A stretch of DNA of 39,162 nucleotides. Origin: an uncultured Methanosarcinales archaeon (GTDB lineage: Archaea > Nanobdellota > Nanobdellia > Woesearchaeales > CG1-02-33-12). The DNA lies in NCBI GenBank assembly GCA_964458955.1, contig CAYWLA010000001.1, forward strand, positions 5,982 to 45,143, read 5' to 3'. The notes under the pieces were generated by a model, which saw only the letters and a program-made list of their open reading frames with translations, did no database searches and was not told the origin of the DNA. This document shows, in pieces, positions 1-8,476 of the stretch (positions within the stretch are counted from its first letter, which is position 1; each line of letters begins with the position of its first letter). A program made the translations under genes and the position numbers.

Positions 1-66
1 TTTATATACAAAATTAAAGAGATTAATATTATCAAAATTTAATGAATTAATTGGAAGTGGTATACT

Positions 67-1350
67 ATGAAGTTTATGAAAGATAAAAAAGGGTTAGGAA
101 TAATAGGTTTGCTTTCTAGTTACTGGCCTATTCTTCTTATTGTTGCTATTGTTATTGGCATAATTTATTTAAATTATACTCAATCACCTGCTGAAATTCC
201 TGAATCTGGTATAGATGAGGATGGTCAACCAACTTCTGAGCTCCTCCCAGGAGTAGATAACAAAAACTCTTGTGAAAATGTTACTGGTTTGCCTTTTAGT
301 TCTACTAGTTATCTTGGTGATCCCGGGAGTAATCCAGAATATATATCTGGCTATTCAGTATGTATAGATGAACGTATTGATTTAGACACAGATACTGGTA
401 CATGGAAGTCTTATGAAGTTGAAAAAGGTGATGAATGGTGCTTGGAATTAAACATGGATAGTGATCATAGTGAATACATAAAATGCTGTGTATACTGTCC
501 ACAAGAAACACATTATTCTCCAATTAGCAAGTCCTGTAAACTTGATTTAGATATTGAAGAGGGGCTTCAATGGGAACTTGAATGCCCTTACATAACCCTA
601 TCATGGGATAAGGATGAAAGAGCAGTATCTTATGAAATTATCCCTTTTTATGATGAAAATAAAGATAAAGTAGAGGATGGCAAGTGCGTTGAGGATATAT
701 CCAACACCAAAGAGAGATATTTTTATTATAACCTGAAATCAAGTGGTTGTGCAGCTTATTACACAGGAAATGTAAGGTTTCAAATTATTCCACAGTATTC
801 TGATGGCCTGTCAATAGAATCATATATTACAAACTGGATTGATGTAAGTGTATGTAATATTGGATCTACTGAACTAACTACCATATGCACAGACTCTGAT
901 GGTGGAAAAGATTATTATGTTAAAGGATATACTATAAATGAGAATGGTGTTAGGGATGATGATGTGTGTATGTCAGATCCTGAAGGTAAGGTTCTTAATG
1001 AATATTATTGTGATGAAAATGGAGGAAAAGGCATTGAATATACTTGTCCAAATGGCTGTAGTGATGGAGCATGTATTTGTGATATGATAAATACGCTAGC
1101 TGATGGAGAATTAAAAACTTACACAATTAAAGGTATTGATTATAATGTCAAGCCAATAATCACCACAAATATATATCCTTATCACGTTCAGTTTGTGGTA
1201 AATGGTGAACTAACTGAACTCTTGGGAACAGGTAATACATTCACATTATCAAATGGAGCAGGAATAGCTGTAATTGAAATCCTGCCAAATGAAGCAGGGG
1301 ATGTAACACAAGATTTAGTTGAATTTTGTTTAAATGGGAAAACTAGTTAG
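67..1350 (+). CDS. Cysteine-rich, N-terminally membrane-anchored surface/secreted protein (function unknown)
   Basis: 427-aa ORF. Hydrophobic N-terminal segment GLGIIGLLSSYWPILLIVAIVIGIIYL. Many Cys, including the module CTDSDGGKDYYVKGYT...YYCDENGG...CPNGCSDGACIC. No catalytic motif recognised. Confidence 0.6.
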   Translation: MKFMKDKKGLGIIGLLSSYWPILLIVAIVIGIIYLNYTQSPAEIPESGIDEDGQPTSELLPGVDNKNSCENVTGLPFSSTSYLGDPGSNPEYISGYSVCIDERIDLDTDTGTWKSYEVEKGDEWCLELNMDSDHSEYIKCCVYCPQETHYSPISKSCKLDLDIEEGLQWELECPYITLSWDKDERAVSYEIIPFYDENKDKVEDGKCVEDISNTKERYFYYNLKSSGCAAYYTGNVRFQIIPQYSDGLSIESYITNWIDVSVCNIGSTELTTICTDSDGGKDYYVKGYTINENGVRDDDVCMSDPEGKVLNEYYCDENGGKGIEYTCPNGCSDGACICDMINTLADGELKTYTIKGIDYNVKPIITTNIYPYHVQFVVNGELTELLGTGNTFTLSNGAGIAVIEILPNEAGDVTQDLVEFCLNGKTS

Positions 1351-1435
1351 GAACCAACAGAAGCATCAGAAAGAATCCTAGCTGAAATTTAATTAATTAT
1401 ACATATTCTATTTTAAGAATCATATTTACCAAAAT

Positions 1436-1443
1436 TTTATATA
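1436..1443 (+). promoter_or_regulatory. TATA-box-like element (TTTATATA) 30 nt upstream of the aRF1 ATG; implies a leaderless mRNA
   Basis: The same TATA-to-ATG geometry (30-31 nt) recurs at five other genes in this window. There is no Shine-Dalgarno motif between the box and the ATG. Confidence 0.4.
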
Positions 1444-1465
1444 TTGCATCTAATTCTTTATAGAT

Positions 1466-4081
1466 ATGGCCTTAACTGAAAAAGAAAAATATGAACTAAA
1501 GAAATTTATTAAGAAGCTTGAACTATTTAAAAGGCCGCACACAGAGCTTGTTACTGTTTATATTCCTGCTGGCTATGACATAAATAAGATAATAAACCAT
1601 TTAAAGCAGGAGCAGGGAACTGCAACAAATATAAAATCAGCTTCAACAAGGAAAAATGTTATTGATGCACTTGAGAGAATGGTACAACATTTGAGATTAT
1701 TTAAGCAGACACCAGAAAATGGCCTGACTGTTTTTTCCGGGAATGTTGCTGAAAGAGAAGGACAGATTGATTTGGAAGTATGGAGCATAGAGCCGCCAGT
1801 GCCTTTAAATACCAGAATATACAGGTGTGACAAGCAGTTTGTTCTTGACTTGTTGAGAGATATGCTTGACACAAAAGAGGTTTACGGTCTTGTTGTCATG
1901 GACAGGAGAGATGCAAACATTGCTTTGTTAAAGGGAAAAACAATAGTCCCTTTGGTTAAGACACATTCACAGGTTCCTGGAAAACAGCGAGCTGGGGGAC
2001 AATGTCTTGTAAATGAATCTTTAATCCAATTATCTGATGGTTCTCTTCCCAAAATTGAAATGGTTCATAATCCAAATATAATCAAGTCTATTATGATTAA
2101 GAACAATTTTGCAGTTTCTGATTCAAATATCATAGATAAATGGAATGTAAAGAAGAATAAAATTTACAAGATTGTTACTAAAAATCCCCGCTTAGAAATT
2201 CAATCATCTAAAGATCATTTGTTTTTTGTAGCAACTTCTAAAGGAATCATTGAAAAATCTGCAGAGGAATTAAAACAGGGAGATTATCTAATAATGCCTG
2301 AAAAAATATACATCAAAGGAAAAATACAAAAAATAAATTCAAAAAAATATTATAATTCTTTTATCATAACAAAAGAAGGCCAGGAATTTCTAAAGAAAAG
2401 AAGATTAAAAAAGGGATTGCTTCAAAGGCAATTAGCAAAAGAAGCAGGTTTAACACAAACAACAATCTCCCGTTATGAACTTGGTAAATCAAATGCATGC
2501 AGGATGCCATTAAAAAGATTGTGCAGTAAGTTAAATATTGATTTTGATAAATTTTTAAAAGATTATACCCATTCTTATATGTATAGAAATATAAATTTAC
2601 CAACTACTTTAAATAAGGAATTTGCACAATTTTTAGGATATCTCATAGGGGATGGTTGCATAGAAACTGACAGGGTTACTTTCTTTGAGCAAAATAAACA
2701 ATTAGCGTTAACTTACCAGAAAAAATTCAATCAATTCTTCAAAATTAATTCCAGCTATAGGTTTAGAGAAAGCAAAAACTATTATCAGATAAGATTTACT
2801 AGCAGGCCTTTGGTTAGATTAATCAAAGAAGAATTCCCGGAAATAAGGAAAGCTTTAGATTCTGAAATCCCCAAAAAAATACTCCTATCTGATAATAGGA
2901 TTGTTGCAGCTTTCTTGAGGGGATTATTTGATGCAGATGGATTTGTTAATATTAAAAGAGGAGTTGCTCTTGGAATAAATAATAAGAAATTGGCTCAACA
3001 TACTCAACTTGCACTGTTAAGGTTTTCTATTTTAAGTTCATTGCTGGAATATGACAATAAGGCAAATAAATACAGCAATAATCCGAGATTTACAGTTGAT
3101 ATAACTGAAAAGAAATCAATTCAATTGTTCAAAAAACACATTGGTTTCAGCTTTCATGAAAAAGCTAATAAATTAAATGCTATCATTAATAAAAAATCAG
3201 ATTCAAGCTATTCAAGGCAAATAATAGTTTCAGGAAGAAAAATAAGGAAATTAATAGAAAAATCAGGCTATAATCTTGAATTATTCCCAAAAGTTAATAA
3301 CTTTTTTAGAAATGAAAGAATGATGAGCAAACAAACTTTCAAAAATTCAATTTTATCTAATATTAAAGATAAAAAGCTGTATAATCAATTAGAGGTTATT
3401 TACAATTATCCAATTCTTCCAATTAAGATAAACAAGATAGAAAAAATCAATAAGAAAGTAAAAATGATTGATATATCAGTCAAAAACAAAAACTTCATAG
3501 CAAATGGAATAATTACTCATAATTCAGCAGCCCGTTTTGCAAGAATAAGAGAGGGTGCTGCAAAAGACCATTATAAAAAGGTTGCAGAATACATGAAAAA
3601 CCAGTTTTTAACACTAAAGGAGCTTAAGGGAATAATTGTTGGCGGTCCAGGTCCTACAAAATATGACTTTGTTGATGGTAACTATATTACAAATGAAGTG
3701 AAAAAAAAGATAATTGCAATAAAGGATTTGTCTTACACAGAGGAATTTGGACTGCAGGAATTATTAGATAAATCACAGGATGTATTGGCAAAAGAAGAGG
3801 TAGCAGCTGAAAAAGAAATAATGGCGAAATTCTTTAATCTGCTTTCAACAAGGCAGGGGATGGTAAGCTATGGCCTTAATGAAGTGAAAAAAAACCTTGA
3901 GATTGGCGCTGTAGACATATTATTGCTTTCAGAAAGCCTTGATGATAGTATAATAGATGAAATGGAGAATCTAGCAAAAACATTTGGCACTACTGTTAAT
4001 ATAATCTCAACAGAAACAAGAGAAGGTGTTCAGCTAAGGGAGATTGGCAAGATAGCTGCCATCCTAAGGTATGAGATTTAA
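1466..4081 (+). CDS. prf1: Peptide chain release factor aRF1, precursor containing one intein
   Basis: NIKS motif (TATNIKSAS), YxCxxxF (YRCDKQF) and GGQ (KQRAGGQ). After a 507-aa insert the sequence continues SAARFARIREGAAK...GGPGPTK...ILRYEI, which is the canonical aRF1 continuation. Exteins total about 364 aa. Confidence 0.9.
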   Translation: MALTEKEKYELKKFIKKLELFKRPHTELVTVYIPAGYDINKIINHLKQEQGTATNIKSASTRKNVIDALERMVQHLRLFKQTPENGLTVFSGNVAEREGQIDLEVWSIEPPVPLNTRIYRCDKQFVLDLLRDMLDTKEVYGLVVMDRRDANIALLKGKTIVPLVKTHSQVPGKQRAGGQCLVNESLIQLSDGSLPKIEMVHNPNIIKSIMIKNNFAVSDSNIIDKWNVKKNKIYKIVTKNPRLEIQSSKDHLFFVATSKGIIEKSAEELKQGDYLIMPEKIYIKGKIQKINSKKYYNSFIITKEGQEFLKKRRLKKGLLQRQLAKEAGLTQTTISRYELGKSNACRMPLKRLCSKLNIDFDKFLKDYTHSYMYRNINLPTTLNKEFAQFLGYLIGDGCIETDRVTFFEQNKQLALTYQKKFNQFFKINSSYRFRESKNYYQIRFTSRPLVRLIKEEFPEIRKALDSEIPKKILLSDNRIVAAFLRGLFDADGFVNIKRGVALGINNKKLAQHTQLALLRFSILSSLLEYDNKANKYSNNPRFTVDITEKKSIQLFKKHIGFSFHEKANKLNAIINKKSDSSYSRQIIVSGRKIRKLIEKSGYNLELFPKVNNFFRNERMMSKQTFKNSILSNIKDKKLYNQLEVIYNYPILPIKINKIEKINKKVKMIDISVKNKNFIANGIITHNSAARFARIREGAAKDHYKKVAEYMKNQFLTLKELKGIIVGGPGPTKYDFVDGNYITNEVKKKIIAIKDLSYTEEFGLQELLDKSQDVLAKEEVAAEKEIMAKFFNLLSTRQGMVSYGLNEVKKNLEIGAVDILLLSESLDDSIIDEMENLAKTFGTTVNIISTETREGVQLREIGKIAAILRYEI
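2003..3523 (+). mobile_element. Intein (507 aa) with LAGLIDADG homing-endonuclease domain and an embedded HTH module, inserted after GGQ of aRF1
   Basis: Begins with Cys1 (CLVNESLIQLSDGS). Block-B-like SSKDHLFFV. Two LAGLIDADG motifs (FLGYLIGDGC, FLRGLFDADGFV). Ends FIANGIITHN, followed by a +1 Ser. Joining the flanks restores GGQ|SAARFARIRE. Confidence 0.85.
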
Positions 4082-4086
4082 AAAGA

Positions 4087-4094
4087 TTATTATA
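4087..4094 (+). promoter_or_regulatory. TATA-box-like element (TTATTATA) 30 nt upstream of the ATG at 4117 (leaderless geometry)
   Basis: Position relative to the ATG is identical to the aRF1 and pcm cases. No SD motif. Confidence 0.35.
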
Positions 4095-4116
4095 GCAAGG
4101 CTATTTCTTTTTTAAA

Positions 4117-4782
4117 ATGCAACTAATTAAAGAAGCTTTTGAGAAGCTTTATCCTAACAAAGCATTTAATTACTCTGTAAAAATCAAATATACTGCAAGG
4201 TTCAAGCCATACAATGCTAATGTAAGATACACTAAAAATAATCTTGAATTTAGCTTAAGCAAGCAATGGAAGCATATAAGCAAGGACATTGTTATTGGAT
4301 TAATACAATCCCTTTTGTTAAAGGTTTTCAAAGACAAAAAAAACACAATAAACATTGATTTGTACAATTATTTTATAAGGAATCTTCATATATCAATTCC
4401 AAAGCAAAATTCAGATCCAACACTTGAAAGCTCTTTCAACAGGGTGAATAAAGAATATTTCTACAACCTTATTGAAATATCTAACCTTGAGTGGGGGAGC
4501 AACTCAAAAAGAAAGCTTGGCTCTTATGATTATCATACAGACACAATAAGCATAAGCAAGATATTTTTAGATGCAGAGCCAGAGCTTCTTGATTATATTA
4601 TTTATCATGAGATGTTGCATAAAAAGATAAAATTCAATAACAAAGATAACAGAAGCTATCACCATACAAGGGAGTTTAGGGAAAAAGAAAAGGAGTTTAA
4701 AGGCCATAAAGAGATGGAGAAGAAAATAAAGCTCCTGATTAGAAAGTCAAAATACAAAGGGTTTTTAAGGTATTTTAGCTAA
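4117..4782 (+). CDS. DUF45/YgjP-like (M48-related) zinc-dependent hydrolase
   Basis: KLGSYDYHTDTISISKIFLDAEPELLDYIIYHEMLHKKI...HHTREF. This is an HExxH motif in the sequence context typical of COG1451/DUF45 proteins. Confidence 0.6.
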   Translation: MQLIKEAFEKLYPNKAFNYSVKIKYTARFKPYNANVRYTKNNLEFSLSKQWKHISKDIVIGLIQSLLLKVFKDKKNTINIDLYNYFIRNLHISIPKQNSDPTLESSFNRVNKEYFYNLIEISNLEWGSNSKRKLGSYDYHTDTISISKIFLDAEPELLDYIIYHEMLHKKIKFNNKDNRSYHHTREFREKEKEFKGHKEMEKKIKLLIRKSKYKGFLRYFS

Positions 4783-4796
4783 AAATCATAATTACG

Positions 4797-5603
4797 ATGA
4801 AAATTAAAGAAATCAAAGCAAAATCAATCATAACTAAATCCGGCTTACCAGATTCAGATTTTGTAATAAACCCATATATTGGATGCCAGCACGGTTGTAA
4901 ATATTGCTATGCAAGATTTATGAAAAGATTTACAGGCCATACAGAACCTTGGGGCTCATTTGTTGATGTAAAGATCAATGCTCCTGATTTAATCCCAAGA
5001 AACACAAATAAATACAAATGTAAGTCCATAACAATTAGTTCTGTTACAGACCCTTACCAGTCAATTGAGAGAAAATATAGACTCACAAGAAAAATTCTTG
5101 AAAGACTTATACCACTTCAACCACATTTAGGTTTGATGACCAAGTCTGATTTAGTAGTTAGGGATATTGATTTGTTTAAGAAATTCAAGGATTGTATTGT
5201 TGCTCTTTCTTTATCAATTTTAGACAATAAAATAAGGAAGGAATTAGAACCTTTGTCATCGTCACCAAATAAAAGAATAAACGCGCTGAAAGAAGTTCAT
5301 AAAAACAAAATTCCAACAGCCCTTTTTATCTCACCAATTTTTCCAGAAATAACAGATTGGAAAAAAATAATCAACAAAACTAAATCTTTTGTAGGTGAAT
5401 ATTGGTTTGAAAACCTAAATCTTTATCCATCTATAAAAAGAGAGGTTTATAGATTCCTAAAAAAGAACAAACCTGAACTTATAGAGAAATACAAAGATAT
5501 ATATTCAAAAAATAGCAATTATTGGGATATTGAAGAAAGGAACATAAAAGAATTTTGTAAAAAGAATAAGATTAACTGTAGAATATATTTCCATCATAAG
5601 TAG
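4797..5603 (+). CDS. Radical SAM protein, SplB / DNA-repair-photolyase-like (COG1533-like)
   Basis: INPYIGCQHGCKYCYARF contains the CxxxCxxC radical-SAM cluster motif, in the N-terminal context typical of SplB-like proteins. Confidence 0.7.
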   Translation: MKIKEIKAKSIITKSGLPDSDFVINPYIGCQHGCKYCYARFMKRFTGHTEPWGSFVDVKINAPDLIPRNTNKYKCKSITISSVTDPYQSIERKYRLTRKILERLIPLQPHLGLMTKSDLVVRDIDLFKKFKDCIVALSLSILDNKIRKELEPLSSSPNKRINALKEVHKNKIPTALFISPIFPEITDWKKIINKTKSFVGEYWFENLNLYPSIKREVYRFLKKNKPELIEKYKDIYSKNSNYWDIEERNIKEFCKKNKINCRIYFHHK

Positions 5604-5677
5604 GCATTTCAGCTAATGAAAATCAAAAACTATAAATATAGCTGGTTTTCCCTTTATTATAATGGGGTAAAAATATC

Positions 5678-6073
5678 ATGGCAACAAAACTTATTGCAGC
5701 AACCTCTGTTCAAGAGGGAAGGTATATAATACTTGATGAAATTCCATGCAGGGTAACAAGCATACAAATATCAAGGCCAGGGAAGCACGGCCATGCAAAG
5801 GTAAGACTAACTGCAATTGGGATTATTGACGGCAAGAAAAGGGAAACAGTAATGCCTGGGCATGACATGCTGCAGACACCTGTAATTGACAAAAAAACTG
5901 CACAGGTCCTATCAGTGCATGGGGATGTGGCTAATGTAATGGATGCAGAAACATATGAAACTTTTGATCTGGAAATACCAGAAGAGCTGAAGGCAGATTG
6001 TGTTCCTGGATCTAATGTACTTTATTGGTTGATTACAAACATCAAGATTATGAAACAGGTTAAATCAGAATAG
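5678..6073 (+). CDS. eif5a: Translation initiation factor 5A (aIF5A), hypusine-containing
   Basis: 131 aa. SRPGKHGHAKV hypusination loop (the Lys of GKHG). SD-like GGGGT upstream. Confidence 0.9.
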   Translation: MATKLIAATSVQEGRYIILDEIPCRVTSIQISRPGKHGHAKVRLTAIGIIDGKKRETVMPGHDMLQTPVIDKKTAQVLSVHGDVANVMDAETYETFDLEIPEELKADCVPGSNVLYWLITNIKIMKQVKSE

Positions 6074-6080
6074 GTGTAAA

Positions 6081-6242
6081 ATGGTAAAATTTCCAGAAGC
6101 AGAAGCAAGAATAATGCACAACATATTTGTATGCAAGAACTGCAAGACAAAAATAAGGGCTAATATAATGAAAGTTCTACAAGGAAAGATTAAATGCAGA
6201 AAGTGTAATAGCAAGGCATTAAGGCCCCTTAGAAAGAAATAA
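6081..6242 (+). CDS. rpl40e: 50S ribosomal protein L40e (eL40)
   Basis: Not in the supplied ORF track (53 aa). Own translation: MVKFPEAEARIMHNIFVCKNCKTKIRANIMKVLQGKIKCRKCNSKALRPLRKK. It has the FPEAEAR N-terminus, a CxxC...CxxC zinc ribbon and LRP. AGGTG SD at 6072-6076. Confidence 0.8.
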   Translation: MVKFPEAEARIMHNIFVCKNCKTKIRANIMKVLQGKIKCRKCNSKALRPLRKK

Positions 6243-6243
6243 G

Positions 6244-7458
6244 ATGGATATTCAGACTATATGCGCTTTTATATTTATAGGCTGTATGTTACTGTTTCTT
6301 TATGTTAACAGAAAGAAAATAATTATTCAGAAGATATTCTATCCATTCCTTTATTTTGCTATGTACAAGACTAAGATTGGATTAGATTTAATGGATAGGA
6401 TGGCCAAAAAACATCCAAAATTGTTAAAATATCTGGCATATGTAGGGGTTGCAGCCGGATTCTTAGGCATGGTTGCAATGGCTGCTATGCTAGTGATTAA
6501 CTTTTACAATCTAATTACAAAGCCTGCAGTAGTTTCAGGTGTGATGATGGTGCTCCCATTTAAGGCTGCGGGGACTTTTTATGTCCCTTTCTTTTATTGG
6601 ATTATATCTATTTTCCTTCTTGTAATCGTCCATGAGTTCTCGCATGGTGTTATAGCAAGATTATATAATATTAAAATAAATTCAAGCGGGCTTGCATTTC
6701 TTAATATTATAGTTCCTGTAATTCCAGCTGCATTTGTTGAGCCAGATGAGAAAGAGCTAAGAAAAAGGCCAAAGATACAGCAATTGTCAGTTTTTGCAGC
6801 AGGGCCATTTTCTAATATTCTATTTGCTCTTGTTGTTTTGGCTATAATGGGGCTTGTTATGGTTCCTGTATCTAATGCTGTCTTTAATTATAATGGTGTT
6901 TTAGTAACTGGTTTTACTCCTAGCAATGAAACCTTTCCTGCAGAAGCAGCAGGTATGACAGAAAATGAGCTGATAATTGGCATAGACAATATGCCGATTA
7001 CCACTGTGGAGAATTTCACAGAGATAATGCAGAATAAAACTCCTGGTGAATCTGTTGTTATTACAACAAATGTGACAGATTATAATATTGTTCTGACTGA
7101 AAGCCCTGATAATGAAAGTGTGGCTTATCTTGGAATTTATTTAACCCAGAATCAGGAAATAAAAGAAAATGTATTGCAAAAATACGGGAAAACTCTTCCT
7201 AATATTTTTGTCTGGTTTGTTGGATTGTTTTACTGGATTTATGTTCTAAACTTAGGTATTGGATTGTTTAACTTAGTTCCATTAGGCCCAATAGACGGCG
7301 GAAGAATGCTTCAGTTAGCAATGCACAAATTCTTTAAGAAAAAAAATGGCGACAAGATTTGGAAAGTAATCAGTTTTATTTTCCTAGGGCTTGTTTTGAT
7401 TAATGTTTTATGGCCTTTTATTCAAAACCTTATTAGGTTTATTATCGGATTTTTTTAG
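6244..7458 (+). CDS. M50 family site-2 protease (membrane zinc metalloprotease) with PDZ domain
   Basis: HEFSHG (HExxH) within a TM segment. NLVPLGPIDGG (the NxxPxxxxDG motif). Internal PDZ-like region. Multiple TM helices. Confidence 0.8.
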   Translation: MDIQTICAFIFIGCMLLFLYVNRKKIIIQKIFYPFLYFAMYKTKIGLDLMDRMAKKHPKLLKYLAYVGVAAGFLGMVAMAAMLVINFYNLITKPAVVSGVMMVLPFKAAGTFYVPFFYWIISIFLLVIVHEFSHGVIARLYNIKINSSGLAFLNIIVPVIPAAFVEPDEKELRKRPKIQQLSVFAAGPFSNILFALVVLAIMGLVMVPVSNAVFNYNGVLVTGFTPSNETFPAEAAGMTENELIIGIDNMPITTVENFTEIMQNKTPGESVVITTNVTDYNIVLTESPDNESVAYLGIYLTQNQEIKENVLQKYGKTLPNIFVWFVGLFYWIYVLNLGIGLFNLVPLGPIDGGRMLQLAMHKFFKKKNGDKIWKVISFIFLGLVLINVLWPFIQNLIRFIIGFF

Positions 7459-7777
7459 AGTTTCTTTTTTCAAAATATTTTTTAACCCTTTTGTCTATCT
7501 GTGGTCTTGCATTTATATCAAGCTTGTAATAAATCTTTTCAGCCTCTGGCCCCCATGAATAGTTGCCTTTTTCACTTTTGATTTTGCTTATCTTGAATTC
7601 CTTTAAAGCAAGGCCTTTCTTAAGATGATAGTAAATTGACCTCATTGTCACAGCAGGAAAAATATCAATGTACTTTTTGTATATATCATACCCATAGGCA
7701 CTCTTCAAAAAATAGAGTATCTCAATAATATTCTGCCTTATCTTGCTCTGGACTGGTCTTCCGCGGTTCATAAGCAA
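7442..7777 (-). CDS. Small winged-helix DNA-binding protein (PadR/ArsR-like), putative transcriptional regulator
   Basis: 111 aa. IRQNIIEILYFLKSAYGYDIYKK...MRSIYYHLKKGL resembles wHTH regulators. Its 3' end overlaps the convergent protease gene by 17 nt. Confidence 0.4.
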   Translation of the reverse strand: MLMNRGRPVQSKIRQNIIEILYFLKSAYGYDIYKKYIDIFPAVTMRSIYYHLKKGLALKEFKISKIKSEKGNYSWGPEAEKIYYKLDINARPQIDKRVKKYFEKRNSKKIR

Positions 7778-7834
7778 ATTACAAACTTGTTTTTTTAAAT
7801 ATTTTTCTATATTGAAAATTAATTTTCCAAAAGC

Positions 7835-7842
7835 TTTTTATG
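7835..7842 (+). promoter_or_regulatory. TATA-like element (TTTTTATG) 31 nt upstream of the ATG at 7866 (leaderless geometry)
   Basis: This geometry supports the ATG at 7866 rather than the TTG at 7860 used by the ORF track. Confidence 0.3.
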
Positions 7843-7865
7843 TAACCTGTTAATCTTCTTTGTTT

Positions 7866-8471
7866 ATGATAAAAGCAATCATCTTTGATTATGGAAATGT
7901 AATCCACAAATGGGACAATTATATCTTCTTGGACAAAATTGTCAAAAAATCTAATAAAAGTTATGAATACATTGATAATTTTATTTTTTCGTCCGGATTG
8001 CAGGATAAATTTGAATTAGGAGAAATATCAGAAATAGACTTTTTTAGAATTATAAAGGAACAATGCAACCTTTCAATAACCAGAAAAGAATTTTTTAAAG
8101 AATACACAGACAGACTTTTTGAGAAAATTTCATCTACTACAGTCTTAATTAAAAAATTAAAGAAAGATTATAAAGTTGCATTACTCTCAAACACAACGAA
8201 GGTTGATTTTGATTATATAATCAAAAAATTAAGAGAATTTTCTTTGTTTGATTCTGTTACATTATCTTTTGAACTTGGACTCGCAAAACCAGATAAAAGA
8301 ATATATCTTGATGCACTAAAAAAATTAAATATTAAGCCAGATGAGTGCATTTACATAGATGACATAAAAGAATATTCTGACGCTGCATCAAAGCTAGGTA
8401 TTCATGGAATATATTATACTTCTTATGAAAATTTAATTAAAGAATTAAAAAAATTGAATGTAAAGGTTTGA
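7866..8471 (+). CDS. HAD-superfamily hydrolase, subfamily IA variant 3-like
   Basis: IIFDYGNVI (FDxGGV-type motif I), LSNT (motif II), and K...DD (YIDDIKE) motifs III/IV. Confidence 0.7.
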   Translation: MIKAIIFDYGNVIHKWDNYIFLDKIVKKSNKSYEYIDNFIFSSGLQDKFELGEISEIDFFRIIKEQCNLSITRKEFFKEYTDRLFEKISSTTVLIKKLKKDYKVALLSNTTKVDFDYIIKKLREFSLFDSVTLSFELGLAKPDKRIYLDALKKLNIKPDECIYIDDIKEYSDAASKLGIHGIYYTSYENLIKELKKLNVKV

Positions 8472-8476
8472 TTTTA

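Noticed and set aside
1466-4081. Possibility that the unusual aRF1 signals stop-codon reassignment
   Set aside because: NIKS and YxCxxxF are intact. All three stop codons terminate well-supported genes in this window: TAG at 1348-1350, TGA at 8469-8471, and many TAA.
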